DNA of 62,912 bases, counting the filler, from Octopus bimaculoides (lineage: Eukaryota): the NCBI RefSeq assembly GCF_001194135.2. It is 4 parts of 3 records of this genome, joined end to end, with 100 filler letters (N's around TTAATTAATTAA, not from the genome) between each part and the next. Parts side by side here need not be neighbours in the genome. Positions count along the whole stretch, not along the records: positions 18,941 to 39,869 come from NC_068981.1; 3 more parts are not named here. One strand, written 5' to 3'. The notes under the pieces are model-generated. The model saw only the letters and a program-made list of their open reading frames with translations. It made no database searches and was not told the origin of the DNA. Position 1 is the stretch's first letter. Every line of letters begins with the position of its first letter. Below are positions 24,981-39,524 of the stretch, one piece after another. Both the position numbers and the translations under genes were made by a program.

Positions 24981-25171
24981 GGGGCGATGCCCAACATAGC
25001 GACAGTCCAATGTCTGCAAAATGAATACAAAATAAACGGTTATATATATGTAAGTACATACTTATTTATATATTCGAGTGTAGGTATAAACATACACATA
25101 TGGCATATATATATACACACATTTATGTATATACATATATACATGTGTATGTATGTATTATGTATGTATGC

Positions 25172-25204
<33 letters not shown>

Positions 25205-25359
25205 TGTATGTATGTATGCGAGTACACAAGTGCTAAACAAGTAGGAGATANNNNNNNNNNNNNNNNNNNNNNNNNNNNNNNNNNNNNNNNNNNNNNNNNN
25301 NNNNNNNNNTTTATGTATATACATATATACATGTGTATGTATGTATTATGTATGTATGC

Positions 25360-25392
<33 letters not shown>

Positions 25393-28112
25393 TGTATGTA
25401 TGTATGCGAGTACACAAGTGCTAAACAAGTAGGAGATAATAGCACACGAAAATTAAGTTTTAATTAAAGAGAGTTTTGTTGAAGCAGTGCAACTTCAGAC
25501 AAACTTTTTTTTTCTTTTGTTTTTCTTTAACAATACAATAATTTTCAACACAGCAAGAATAAACAATTGACAATCAGCAATCAAAAACTCGGAGCAGATT
25601 GTCACACTTCAAAATCTATGGAAACTTTTGGCTGAGTCGACTGATTTGGAGCGTAAATAATATACGCAATAATAGACGTGTTAAATGTGTTTGCATTGAA
25701 GTAAATGTTATGGATTTATAAAAGTATATAAACATTTAAACCTCAGCTTCTGTTAACAAAAACAAGACCTTTGTAAATTTAGGATACTCTATACAAACGC
25801 ATGAAAGGCTCTATCGAAATGATTCAATGAGGTATTTAGTTGATCCCTATTTTCCTCGATTATTAACAGTGGATTTAAAAGTTAACCTAAGCAGGATTTT
25901 AATTTGGAAATGTAAACATGAGTACCTAAATGGCAGAGAACTTTGTTTACTCCCAGTTATTCTTTGATCGGTCTGATTAATTAATGAATAATACTGGTTT
26001 GTAACATGCAGGTCGTGGCAAATGACCCAGTTTTGTAGAAAATTAGCATCGATTATACCAATCCCAGTACATAATTTGAACTGATTTTATCGACTACTGA
26101 ATGATATAGGAAAAAAATATTACTGGACTGAAGATATAACTAACTACTGCTAGATAATTCAACATCTCTACCAAGCGCACTCTTTGTTATAGAAATTGTC
26201 TCTAACGGAAGCGCAAGGCCACAAATTTTGTAGAGAGAATTAGTCAGTTAAATCGATCTTATCACTTAGCTAGTACTTAATTTTATCGGCCTAAGATGGA
26301 AAAGAGCAAAACTGATTTCGGCGAGATTTGAACTCAGCCGAAATTAATACTGCAAGACACTTGTCTTCAATAGTCTAACGAATCTACAATCCATCTTATA
26401 ACGATAATATCTTTAAAAAATAAATATATACTTTGTAGGCCCATCTGATACACTGATGGCCGACATGTCTATATCAGATGTCCCTATATTCAAATTATCC
26501 ATATTGCTTTCTCCTTTCATATTCTTAGACTTTGCTCGAAGGCACTCATCTATATCTTGTAATAGGGTTCACAGTGATAGCAAAGAACTCATCTTTCTGT
26601 TACGATACTGTACATAAAATATGAACTTCCTTTAACACCTCTGACATTCTCTATAAACACAATAATCCATTTATTACATCCAACGTTGTCAACACAATAG
26701 ATATTTCTTTATGTTATTTTGTTAATCCCTTTACTTCGAGTCTATAATTTCTCCACGTTGCTCATGCTGTGTCAAATCTGAAAGGTCACATACTAAATAT
26801 TTTCCAAAATTGTCTCTAAATAAAAGTGTTAACACCGAGTAATCCCTCTCTGCCTAAATTTTTACTTACATAAGTCAAATTTCACAAATGTTAAACAATT
26901 ATGTATCAGTTATCAATCAATGTAACCAATAAAGAAGAACCGCCTCTAAATTGTCGTATTTGTCCATTTTGTCAGAGTCGATGAAGCAACATAAATAGCA
27001 GTAACCAAAAGTCACACATAAACTAACACATAAACGAATTTAAAACAAAATAACAAGCTTAACCTCTTCATGTGTTAATCCGATGTGAAATTTAAACATT
27101 CTTATACAATGCCATTTTAAAACTACATGCGCACACGCACGCACACAATATACACTCGTACGGGAGTGTGTACATTGTCTTTTTTGAAGTGTGTAATTTA
27201 ATCCTGCATTAATTGTATTTAACTCGGCTATGTCTTATTTAAATATATCTTCTAGGTCTCCAAATTTTCTTTGTTCCACTGTAAAGTAAACTGAAATATG
27301 TGTGTGTATGTAAACCTGCCACATATACATGTATATAGGTGTGTATATATATATATTAATGAAGATATTTTTCTCCTTCACTTGATAACAATAATGCCAA
27401 TAAAAATGAAAAAGGTAATAACAATCAAGTAAAAATATTAATAAAAAGAACTGACAAAAAAAAAACATTTTAAATAAACATATAGAAGAAATAATAAGCA
27501 AAACGCTGAAGGACAGAAAATGTCAACTGCGAACGCGTAAGGTCGCTTCCCACAACGAGTACTGGCTGTCATAACATGTTTTTGGCAGTTGAAGCCAGAA
27601 GCAAGGTCGTGTTGAGATTCTGACTGTGTTTAAGTACTTGGAGTGTCCTTTGTGTCAGAAGAATGACTGCGGGTTGCAATGCAATGCCGAGGTCAGTTTG
27701 CCTCTAAGTATCCATTAGAAAATCAGTGCTTAGCTACGTCCCACACCTACCGTTTCTGCTGCTGATATAGCGCTAGCTTGGAGATCATATTATTGTTGAT
27801 CTGATGATTCTTGTTGTTGCTGTTGTTGTTGGTTGTTGGTTGTTGTTGTTGTTGTCGTCGTCGTCGACGACGGTGTTAAAGGATAATGGAAGTGGATATA
27901 TTTGTGCTGGGGCTTCTGTTTCTTCCGATAGTAGTAGTAAGAGATGCTGCTGTTGTTGTTGTTGTTGTGGTGGTGGTGGTGATGGTGGTGGTGGTGGTGG
28001 TAGGGGGAAATGTTGGTGATGCTGACGTTTGTGGGGGCGATGTTGAGTAGGTGAGCAACATCGCAAACATTAAGGTTAAAGGGAGAAGTCACAATAACAA
28101 CAGCAAAGTGCA

Positions 28113-28115
28113 ATA

Positions 28116-28164
<49 letters not shown>

Positions 28165-28179
28165 TAATAATAATAATAA

Positions 28180-28210
<31 letters not shown>

Positions 28211-28301
28211 AAGAAGAAGAAGAAGAAGAAGAAGAAGAAGAAGAAGAAGAAGAAGAAGAAGAAGAAGAAGAAGAAGAAGAAGAAGAAGAAGAAGAAGAAG
28301 A
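28113..28301. repeat. (TAA)n followed by (GAA)n compound microsatellite
   Basis: Directly visible. Confidence 0.97.
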
Positions 28302-28444
28302 ATATAGCGCTGCAATAAGGAGAATAACAATGATGTCAAAAGAATTTACCCTAGCAATTGACACTATCGTAATTACACAAGGAAAAGAAAAATTGTATGG
28401 AAGATCATAATGCTAGTGATGCTGCTACTACAAAACTGCTGCTG

Positions 28445-28488
<44 letters not shown>

Positions 28489-30559
28489 NNNNNNNNNNNN
28501 NNNNNNNNNNNNNNNNNNNNNNNNNNNNNNNNNNNNNNNNNNNNNNNNNNNNNNNNNNNNNNNNNNNNNNNNNNNNNNNNNNNNNNNNNNNNNNNNNNNN
28601 NNNNNNNNNNNNNNNNNNNNNNNNNNNNNNNNNNNNNNNNNNNNNNNTGTGTGTGTGTGTAAAGCACTTTGCAGCGATTCTTTTCAAATTCTGAAATTAA
28701 GAATATACATATACCAATTTTAACTTCTATATCATTTTTTCCAGATCGAGTCTATATGTTTTCGAGATGACGGATCTGTTATTTCGTATCCAAAGCTTAA
28801 AACTGTAAGCAATTTCTTTCATCAAAATGATTGATGCGGATTAAATATTATAATTACCAATATAAAAACAATGTTTGCTAAAATATATGGATTTAAACAT
28901 CGCTTCAGAGCAACGACCTTAGTTGCAAGCGTAAGCAATTTGTTTTCCATTTTCGTAAACGGAGGTATCATTAAACGTGCTAAACAAAATTTCGACTTAG
29001 TTTCTAATTTTAAACCCTATGCACGTATGCTTCGAAATTTATCTTTGCCGGCCGATATGAGAAGTACCATTAGAGCTAAATAATTTAATACACTGTCGAG
29101 TACGGTGTCCTGGCATGTAAGCGCCGAAGTATTGAGGTTATCAAAAGAATATACAATATGTTATTAATTTCAATGTAGACGAAACAAAATAAACACTAAA
29201 ATGTTATTATCTCTAAAACTCTAAGAGGAATTTAAAAGTCATTGAATTGATTCAGTAATATGATGCGACTCAGATGGCAGTTGAAAAGGCATCTGACTTT
29301 GTTGCATATACACGGCAGTCATGTGTCCTAATCTAGGTAACCTAAAACGATGCTGAACAAAATTATTCAGCCGAGAGAGAGATTATGGAACTCCTGCAAT
29401 GGAGTTCCAGCATAACCCCAAGTAGGAAAGCAAAATACACGAACCCAAGGATGCAAAGGAAACAACTGATGCAATTCGTAACAGTATATAAATTCTTATA
29501 GTGCGTGAAGTTTTCTATGAGAAGGTAGGCTAAAATTTCATCGAGTTCACCATCTTGCCAACATGCACCTTAGTAAATATCTGACACAAATTATTATAAA
29601 TGTTCAACTTTCATTCCAGTGACACAGAATTAATCTAGACATTGCGACTTGGCAACTCCTGGGAATATTTTTAGCTTTATCCAACCATATATCTTCCACA
29701 TATAATCGAGATAGCCATGAAGCTAACACTGATTTCACAAACAATAACCTTGGAAACATAATCCAATGATGACATGGTCATTTTGCACTTTTCATATCAA
29801 TTGAACCTCATCGTGTCACAACCCCTTAAACATGGACAGCACACAACTAGAGCCCTCACTATTGCGTCTAATTTTAGGATTGATTATCTCACCTGCAGAA
29901 AGAACATCCATAACGCTACTCCTTGCTTTCAATTCAGGAAATACTTCTCCTGCAATTACTGGCATTCTTCAAAGTTCATATGGGACCCACAGCGGAACAT
30001 AGGTCGTACAACTGCTCAAACAGACATTTTAGAATACATAAGAGGTAAGTAAGATCAGTTGAGTAATTTGCATAAATCACTCACAGTCACACTCCAGCCT
30101 CCAATATTATAATGGCCCTTGCTCCTCAGAGGTATGATTTCTCATAATATCCCGCTTAGGCATACCCGATTCAATTTGTTCTCCTTTGTTTTCTACACCA
30201 CCCTGGACCTAATACGCTACGCCCCACTGCTTCCTATTCAGAATGTCACCACTTTGTTGGTAACTCGATAGAGTTAGTGGAATATGAATAGTATTAATCA
30301 CACCGGCCTAAGCGAAGAAGGAAGTTTAAAAACATTCATTGGCAGTGCCTAGTTCTTCAAATAAATGTCATTCTGGAGTGTGTATGTGCATGTCCATGTA
30401 TATATGTGCACGTACACATCCATTCACGCACACCAATACGATTGTTTCGTATTTGCTTCTTAATCGTCGTGTTACCATGTTACTTTGGACAAAGATCTTA
30501 TGGCTTTATGTCTGTTAGATTGGGTAGACAGAAATTGCATGGAAGTCCGTCAATAACTA

Positions 30560-30771
30560 CAGAGTGTCCACAAGATCTGGGTACATGGAGTAAATAAAAT
30601 CATAACATAAACAATTAAATATAAGAAATAATGATTTCTTCAAATATGTGTTAATCCCCATGTGGGTACACGGAGTAAATAAAATCATAACATAAACAAT
30701 TGAACATAAAAAATAATAATTTCTTAACGTATGTGTTAATCTCCATGTACCCAGACTTTGTGGACACCATG
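30560..30771. mobile_element. Tc1/mariner-type MITE with internal 85-bp tandem duplication
   Basis: TA flanks at 30558-30559 and 30772-30773. About 31-bp TIRs CAGAGTGTCCACAAGATCTGGGTACATGGAG / CTCCATGTACCCAGACTTTGTGGACACCATG. Internal units start at 30578 and 30663. Confidence 0.88.
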
Positions 30772-32504
30772 TATAATAGAATTCATTTGCCTAACGTTTG
30801 ACGCATTTGATCGAACACGAAACCACGTTATTACAGAGTGAACTTCTTCACTAAAACGTGTAACCTCTACGTGTGTGTGTGTCTATGTGTTTTATGAGTG
30901 AGTGAGTGACTGAGTGAGTGAGTTAGTGAGTGACTGAATGAGTGAGGGACTGAGTGAGTGTATGTATGTGTTTGTTGGTGTCAGTGTACTTGTACATTTG
31001 TAACAATAACTAATAAATAGTACAACCAGAAATTCATACATTTCAAAGGTTTACATTTCATTGTTTCTCTGTCCTCTCACTTCTCTTTTCTTCTCCTCCT
31101 CTCCCTTTCCTTTCCTTCTGCCTTTCTTTTTTTTCTTTCCACTTCATAACATTTGAATAAATGACAGCAGACACCTGGTTAAAATGATTTGTTTATTTAA
31201 CTTCAAATTATTCACTTGTTCCTCACACCCGATATCATCAACGACAAGGACTCAGTCTGTGTTACCTTCATATATATATTGTTACTAGCTAGCGTATTCC
31301 AATATCATTCAATAGACTCACAATATTATATATTCTTTTATCAGTAGTTTTTTTTTTTCTTTTTATTTCATCTACGAAATAAACTACTTGTTCTCCTTAA
31401 CTGATCTGTGACTTGATCTGCTCATGAAACACTAAACAAGAGTTGCTGTAGCCAGGACATTTTGTGAGAAGAAAGAGGAGAGAGAAAGAAAGAAAGAATG
31501 AAACAGAAGAAGAAAGAAGAAGTCTCCTAAAATAACTGTTGCTGTTAAGAGTGAGGGTAAGGGAGAGCAGAATGCCTTAAGGAAACTACAGGAAATATAA
31601 AAGGGTTTAATCACAACTTCAGACAGACAGCGAGATAAACTAATTTCAGTAATTTATTTTCTCCCGCTGTTTAGATATGTTTTGGAGTTGGTTGAGGCTT
31701 TGTAAGCCCAACCCGCAAAATGCTCAAGATTAAATGTATCAAGATATATTTTTAAGTAAAATCTTATTGTATTGTCAATTCGTAACCAAACAAATACCAG
31801 TGTATTCCACAACAAAAGGAGAGTACTTGAAGGACATTGCGGTTCGAGTTTAAAATTTTTTTTTTTTTTTTTTGTATNNNNNNNNNNNNNNNNNNNNNNN
31901 NNNNNNNNNNNNNNNNNNNNNNNNNNNNNNNNNNNNNNNNNNNNNNNNNNNNNNNNNNNNNNNNNNNNNNNNNNNNNNNNNNNNNNNNNNNNNNNNNNNN
32001 NNNNNNNNNNNNNNNNNNNNNNNNNNNNNNNNNNNNNNNNNNNNNNNNNNNNNNNNNNNNNNNNNNNNNNNNNNNNNNNNNNNNNNNNNNNNNNNNNNNN
32101 NNNNNNNNNNNNNNNNNNNNNNNNNNNNNNNNNNNNNNNNNNNNNNNNNNNNNNNNNNNNNNNNNNNNNNNNNNNNNNNNNNNNNNNNNNNNNNNNNNNN
32201 NNNNATATCTTTTATCTTTTGCGTGTCTCGGTCATTGGACTGCGGCCCTGCTGGTGCACCACCTTGAAGCGTTTAGTCGAACACATCGACTCCAATATTT
32301 TTTCTAAAGTCTGATAATTACTCTTTCGGGTTCTTTCCTTGAACAGTGAATTGGCGAGGACGTAAACAAACCAATACTGGATGGTTCGAGACAAACTCAT
32401 ACACAAAATCACACATATACGCACGCACACACACACTCACACATTCATATTCGACGGGCTTCTTTCAGTCACTCTCTATCAAATCTACTCATTTAGACTT
32501 GTTA

Positions 32505-34158
32505 TAAGCACTGCAACTTCGTCGGTTTGGTGTTTGTTAAAGCAACCCTGATACTGCCTTGGTGAAGCGCGGTCACCTCGAATGACAACCTTAAACTGAT
32601 TGGTGTTAGTATCTCTACCCTGAAGAGCTGTTTTGAAAATGGCTACGTAGGCGTTTATGGTATGAAGCATATATTGAAGAGGCTGCAGAAGAGATGGTCT
32701 TATTCCTGGAGCAACTGAAGCTCTTCGTACAATTTCCTCAAGTCCGTTCCCATAAAGTAAATCTGGAGAAAGCTGTGTTCATCGCCATCTTGTGGAATAA
32801 GGGAGACAATTTGGTGGTAAATTTGGCCTTGTACTTTCAAGGTGGGCATATATTTTCCATCTCTTATTGGTGTATGATCAAAGCTTGTCATTTGGAATGC
32901 GGACTTGTAGGCTCTTATATTCCGAAGAAAGTGTTTAGAATCTGGTTGGTCTCCGAGCAGCAGGGACTTCAAAAGTTCGGCACTGACTTGTAAATGATGC
33001 AAGCTAACCGTTCCATTGGAGTAACGTATACCGGTTGATTCTGCTGGCCACCTCATTACATTACAATAGACGCAAACTGTAGACATGTATATGGGTGTGA
33101 TGCGTAGTCCTTATGGAGGCTATAATGAAAGGCTTTGTTAGGCCAGCAACAGGAAGGAACCCTTGAAAAGATACGAGGACGCATTTTATGTTGAGAGTCA
33201 GCCCCAAGCCTTGTGACCTTTTAGTCAACAGTCTCTAAACCACAGCTATTTCGAGTAGAAGCAGTATCGCGAGCACGCCGGTGTTCTGCTTGCTGAGCTC
33301 TCTGTGATGCTCTGGTGACTGCAGTAGAAGCAGCATTGCGAGCACGCCGAAACACACTTTGGTCTTCTGTCTCGCTTGTCCGCAAAAGCGTTTTTTTGGT
33401 TTTTCTGCCAATGTCATTCTTGCTTTTTTGAGGCATCCTATCGAAGATCTGTAATTGAATACAAAGTGGAAAACTTCAAATGGGATATAGCTTTCTACAA
33501 TATGCGATGTTGACCGATAAAGAACCAAAACTTGATGAATAAGCTACCAGAAAATTCGTAAAAATAATAAGAAGAATTTTCCAAAATATCGTTCAATTAT
33601 GCTGATAAAAAAAATAACTCATAATTTGAAATGTTGTTACTATTCCTTCTTCATGTAATGGAATTAAATAATAAATAATAGGCATGTGCGTGTCAAATCA
33701 AGTGAGTCACGCAAAAGTCGAAAAATACCAATTAGTTTTTGTCTTAAGAAACAGTTACCTAAAGTTTTAGATATTTGTCACCTAAATTTCCACGTTCAAG
33801 TACCAATCAATTTATCGTTTTCTACTGTCAATTGAATTTTGCTGTGAGAAAATATTCACAAAGTTGATTGATCGCCAATTAGTGCCATTTATTCGTTAAA
33901 GTTAATATTTTAGTTCATTTTTATTTATTCAAAATAATTGCTTTGTTTCCTTACTCTTTTGTATCAGCTTATTCATTAAACACAGAACGAAATGCCTGCA
34001 TGCACGTGTTCGATTACCGTCCATTCTAGAATGATATCCATTTTTACTGCGATCACATATGTTCTTTCATGAAATTTAACTGGTACAACTATTGGGACGT
34101 CTTTTACCTATGTGTAAAATTTCAGCGAAATCAATTGAAATGTATAGCTTTTATAATC

Positions 34159-34200
<42 letters not shown>

Positions 34201-34218
34201 CGGAACTTATATAATAGA
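32505..34218 (-). mobile_element. Helitron relic, 5' half (intact 5' terminus plus Rep N-terminal fragments)
   Basis: 5' end A|TCTATTATATAAG at 34218. ORF pieces MPQKSKNDIGRK..., CVYCNVMRWPAESTG...HFLRNIRAYKSAFQMTSF...MPTLKVQGQIYHQIVSL...FLQIYFM and MLHTINAYVAIFKTAL...EVAVL are typical of the Helitron RepHel N-terminus. Confidence 0.88.
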
Positions 34219-34261
34219 TATGTGTTTGTGTTTGTGTGTATGTGTGTGTGTGTATACACGC

Positions 34262-34322
<61 letters not shown>

Positions 34323-34464
34323 AAAACTCACCTGTCAGGTTTTTGCTAAGACTGTTAACAGATACTATATAATTTATAAAATTTTGTTTTATAAAAAATA
34401 TATATTTAATATATATATATATATATAGGTATACACACACGGAAGCACACACACACATACGGGT

Positions 34465-34497
<33 letters not shown>

Positions 34498-35386
34498 CTC
34501 TCTCTCTCTCACACATACACATGAATTATACTGAAAATTTGCTATTTATACTAGTAGTGCTTTGTACATCCAACAGCAATTAATAGTAGATGAAAAGTGA
34601 TTTTGGGCTTGACAATGCTTCAATTCAGGGAGTAGTCAACCATATTGAAATATCTAGAGTATATTGAAATATCTAGAAATATCTAGAGACAATATGTAGC
34701 TATAGGGACATGTATGTAACTATAAGGACAGAATTAAGTCAAGTGTTCAAGCACCTACTTCATTATCTTCCCCAGCATGAGCTTTTTTTCCATACCTATA
34801 GAACGGTTTTCGAAAGTGTAAATCCTTAGACCGGGAGTAATATTCTGATAAACACAAACATGACAGCTATTCAAACGAAAGATTAACCTTCATCCATATT
34901 TATTCTATGTATTTTCCTTCTGAAGTTTTTTTTTTTTTTAATGTATTCAACAATGGATATCTTTTAAAATAAAATAAAAATATAATACATAGCTGTATAT
35001 ATATATTTTCGAGAAAATGCCGTCGGAAAACATTTCATTTTAAAGATAAGTTTCGCGTTAGATTTCCACCTCACGGCAAAGTATTCAGAAACGCAAAATT
35101 TCTGTAAAACAGAGGATTACTGTATACAGTATTTCTAAAAGTCTTGCTTAAAATCACAATGTTTAAGTTGGATGTGTAATTAATGGGATTGTTCGAGTTC
35201 CTTAGTGCATATTTAACGACCTGGAAAGATAAAAACTAACAGCAGCTTCATAGAAATTAGCATTCACAGCGTAAAGTGGCATAACTTAAGTTATTTACGC
35301 ACAATATATTTGTATGTATATATATGCATATATGTATATATGTGTTTGTATATGTTTATATGTGTGTGCGGGTGGGTATGTATGTA

Positions 35387-35417
<31 letters not shown>

Positions 35418-35418
<1 letters not shown>

Positions 35419-36270
35419 AAGTCTGATCAATAAGTATCCGGACTGATGCTATAGAAACGAACTTAAAGCACATAGAGTGAAGCCATTTGGCACAGTTTGG
35501 CCTGAAGCTAAAGTTTAACGTTTTAGCTCACTTCCACTGTTTACAGCAGTGCTTGGAAGGAAGGTGTGTAGCATGTTATCGTTGCATTGAGATTGAAAGA
35601 GAAAAATGTCATGGTGATACCTACTCAGAGGCCTACGGCAAGTTGTAGAAAATGAATGGAGAGGTGTGTTTGAGCTGTATACGAGGTGTTCAGATGTTTT
35701 CAAGATGGCCGAAAAAAATGTCAATATTGACGACGTTCTGGGAGACCCGCGACCAGCAGAACTGAGAAAAATATCGCAGATGTGCGTGCAGCTGTGAGGG
35801 GAAATCATCAAATCACCATCCGTGAGTTATCAGAGGATGTGCAGGTTAGTTACGGTTCAGTTCAGTCCATTATCACTGAAGATTTTGGGTAGGAGACGCG
35901 TATCTGCCAAGTTTGTGCGAAAACTGCTTTCAGATGACCAAAAGGACACCCAGGTTTCAGTTGCTCAAGATCTCCTTGATTGTGTCGAGAACGATGAAAA
36001 CTTTTTTGAAAACTTTGCGTAGGCCGCTAAGCAGGTATCGCCAAGAATTTGGCAAAATTTGATGCAGAGATTCTTTGCTCAATTTTCTCTGTCATGATCA
36101 TGGTCAATTCCTTCCAAGCACCGTTGTAAACTCTAGAAGTAAGGTAGAACGTTAAAACGTTGTGCGCATGCACTTCAGAGTTTAAGGTCAATCTTCGCCA
36201 AGCAATTTCACTGTGCGTGCTTCAGCATCGTTACTATATCCGCAGTCCGGATACTTATTGATAAGTCTTT
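35418..36270 (+). mobile_element. Internally deleted mariner element
   Basis: 28-bp TIRs AAAGTCTGATCAATAAGTATCCGGACTG / CAGTCCGGATACTTATTGATAAGTCTTT. HTH remnant ...ITIRELSEDVQVSYGSVQSII...RRVSAKFVRKLLSDDQK. The catalytic domain is absent. Confidence 0.9.
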
Positions 36271-36370
36271 GTTTTTAAATGTATGCTTGTTTATATGCAT
36301 ATATATCATACATATATATGTGCACATATATATATATGCATGTACAATAACATGTATATAATATTCATAT

Positions 36371-36402
<32 letters not shown>

Positions 36403-37072
36403 NNNNNNNNNNNNNNNNNNNNNNNNNNNNNNNNNNNNNNNNNNNNNNNNNNNNNNNNNNNNNNNNNNNNNNNNNNNNNNNNNNNNNNNNNNNNNNNNNN
36501 NNNNNNNNNNNNNNNNNNNNNNNNNNNNNNNNNNNNNNNNNNNNNNNNNNNNNNNNNNNNNNNNNNNNNNNNNNNNNNNNNNNNNNNNNNNNNNNNNNNN
36601 NNNNNNNNNNNNNNNNNNNNNNNNNNNNNNNNNNNNNNNNNNNNNNNNNNNNNNNNNNNNNNNNNNNNNNNNNNNNNNNNNNNNNNNNNNNNNNNNNNNN
36701 NNNNNNNNNNNNATGACGAAGGGAAATAGCCCTGAAACTCGAGTCGCCTTTATATATTTATATTTACATATTTATATATATGATCCTTTATATTGAACAC
36801 TCAATATTTCATCTACATTCAATACTTTCTTTCGTGGTGCCATCCATTTTTATTTTATTTTATTTTATATTATATATTGTATATTATATTATATATTGTA
36901 TATTCCATACTCTATACCCCACATTGGTTCTGCAGGAATATAAATAAAACATAAAAAACAGACAGTGTTGGAACTCTTTTAAACAAAATAATATATTCCT
37001 CTATACACAATCATACAAAAAACCCCACCTTTTTTGTATTTATTTTTACTCGCATATATATATATATATGTG

Positions 37073-37729
37073 CAGTGTTGGACGAAATAATGGAAATACC
37101 TTAAAATTTCAAACAAATTTATTTTAATGGGGGTAGGACTGCCTTTGGCTATAAATACAGTTTGAATTCTACGAGCTGTGGACTCGTAAAAGTTTGAATT
37201 GTTTCCAAAGGATGAGTTGTCCGAGAAAATAACATTCTTCCACTGCTTTAGGAACCGATTCTGTAGGTTTTTAATCCACTTTAAACGCTTTGCAACGTTT
37301 GTGTTTGAAAGTAGTAGTTTTCTGATTGCAGCCCACCCGTGAAATCTGGCTGTGTGCAACACCTGGCGAACAGTTTTTGTAGAAACTGGGTTCTCGAGGT
37401 GGTCATTAATCTCTGCAGTAATTTTGGGAGCTGTACTTTTGTGATCCTTTCTAAAAATTCGCGTAGGAGTCTGACGGAGTTTTGTTTCGACGAAGAGGTT
37501 TTCCCGCTCTCTCAAAGGCTGTCATTACTTTTGAGACAGTACTTCTTGATACACCAAACATTTCGGCTGTTTTCGTCACGCAAGCGCCTGCTATACGAGC
37601 ACCAACAATCTGACCTCTTTGAAAGTCCGATAGATCTGTCATTTTAATGAATTTTAATTACCTTTTTCTTATAGATACTTCAAAGCTATGACGCTATGAT
37701 TGGTAGGTGTTTCCATTACTTTGTCCCTG
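37073..37729 (-). mobile_element. Internally deleted Tc1-like element
   Basis: TIRs CAGTGTTGGACGAAATAATGGAAATACC / GGTGTTTCCATTACTTTGTCCCTG followed by TA. Encodes MTDLSDFQRGQIVGARIAGACVTKTAEMFGVSRSTVSKV and STAPKITAEINDHLENPVSTKTVRQVLH. Confidence 0.9.
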
Positions 37730-37734
37730 TATAG

Positions 37735-37847
<113 letters not shown>

Positions 37848-37876
37848 NNNNNNNNNNNNNNNNNNNNNNNNNNNNN

Positions 37877-37949
<73 letters not shown>

Positions 37950-37951
<2 letters not shown>

Positions 37952-38230
37952 CACCTTGGGCAACTCTCTTCTACTATAGCACTGGGGCGACCAAAGCCTT
38001 ATGAATGGATTTGGGAGACGGAAACTGAAAGAAGCCTGTCGTATACATATATGTATATATTTGTGTGTTTGTGTCTGTGTTTGTCTCCCCACCATCGCTT
38101 GACAAGCGATCTTGGTGGGTTTACGTCTCGATATAATGAGTACCAGGCTTACAAAGAATAAGTCCAGAAGTCGATTTCTTCGGCAAAAAGGCAGTGCTCC
38201 ATCATGACCGCAGTGAAAATGACTAAAAGA
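37950..38230 (+). mobile_element. SINE family B (head lost)
   Basis: gcaccttgggcaa...gacggaaactgaaagaagcc core and tail. Confidence 0.8.
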
Positions 38231-38425
38231 AGATATAGTATAAAAGAATACACACACACACACGTGTTAAAACGTGGGTAGCTGATGAAGTAGAATGTTC
38301 TCTATGTGGCTCGTGTGTTCTCGTCTACGTTTGTTTGCAATGTCCTGTACCCAGATATGCACCTATACATACAGGTGGATGTCGGTATGCACATACCTGT
38401 ACGTATATATGCATATACTCATTTA

Positions 38426-38488
<63 letters not shown>

Positions 38489-39524
38489 TAATGGAATAAT
38501 TACTATAAAGCATTGTGTAGAATATATTGTATAAAAGATCGTGGGTAAGGCCAAAATAATGTGAAGTAAATGCAAGGTAAATCACTAGAATATACAGAAA
38601 TGTCTCAGAAATCAGGCTAAATTTTATCTAAAGATCCACTTGCAGTCAAGACAGTGCTGTAATATATACAATTCTAAAATATTACACCTTCATACCAGCC
38701 TTAATGTAATATCTTTTATGAAACTATTTATATTAATACTATATCTTTGTACAGGAAAAATAAATCTGATTTGTTCTCTTATATTACATTCTTATTTGTC
38801 TGATATTTAAACTAAATCTAATTTCATTGCATGTATGTGTAAATGTATAAAGAAGGACATAAGAATATGTCTGAATGTGTGTGTGGATGTGTAGATTGTT
38901 ATAGCTTTATGGGGGACATCATACATATACAACCTCACAGATAAACGCAGAAGCTTCGAAATACAAATTGAAATGTACAAATAAAACGAACGATTCGGCT
39001 CACTGAAAACAAGGATCAGTTTACATAGCTCCCCTGCGGGTGACCTTTATGTATAATGACAGTCTCAAGCTAGTGACCCAAAACCTTAAAGAAAGACACA
39101 GTAGGGTGTTTATGGCCATCAGTGACCATCTCACTTGTTGACACCATAGAAAACAGTAAATTAAATTTTCTTGTCAATTGGGAATAAGACACTGTCAGAG
39201 GAACACACCTTAACTATTCAGTACATTGTGACACATAGGCATTGGTTTTTGTTAATGGTAGTAAACATTTTAAGAGTGATCTAATTACACAGATTTATGT
39301 GACAGCTTTAAGGTTAAAGATGATGCTAAATGTAAATTAACGCTTAAATTTTCTCTAATAACGAAGTCAAAAAGAAATAATTTCAGTTAGACGAACAATA
39401 ATGGAGGAAGTAAACAAATAAATGGAATGAATACCTACATGAATATGTTGTTGAATTAGTTGCAAGGAAATGAATAAAACCTTTTTTTAAGTATAGAGTA
39501 TTCATGCCTGTCTAAAAGGGATGA

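Noticed and set aside
25123-25437. Direct repeat of about 128 bp on both sides of a gap
   Set aside because: Identical copies flanking Ns are most simply unmerged contig overlap.
29300-30400. Coding-like composition on the minus strand
   Set aside because: Many stops and no motif I can assign. Possibly an old transposon.
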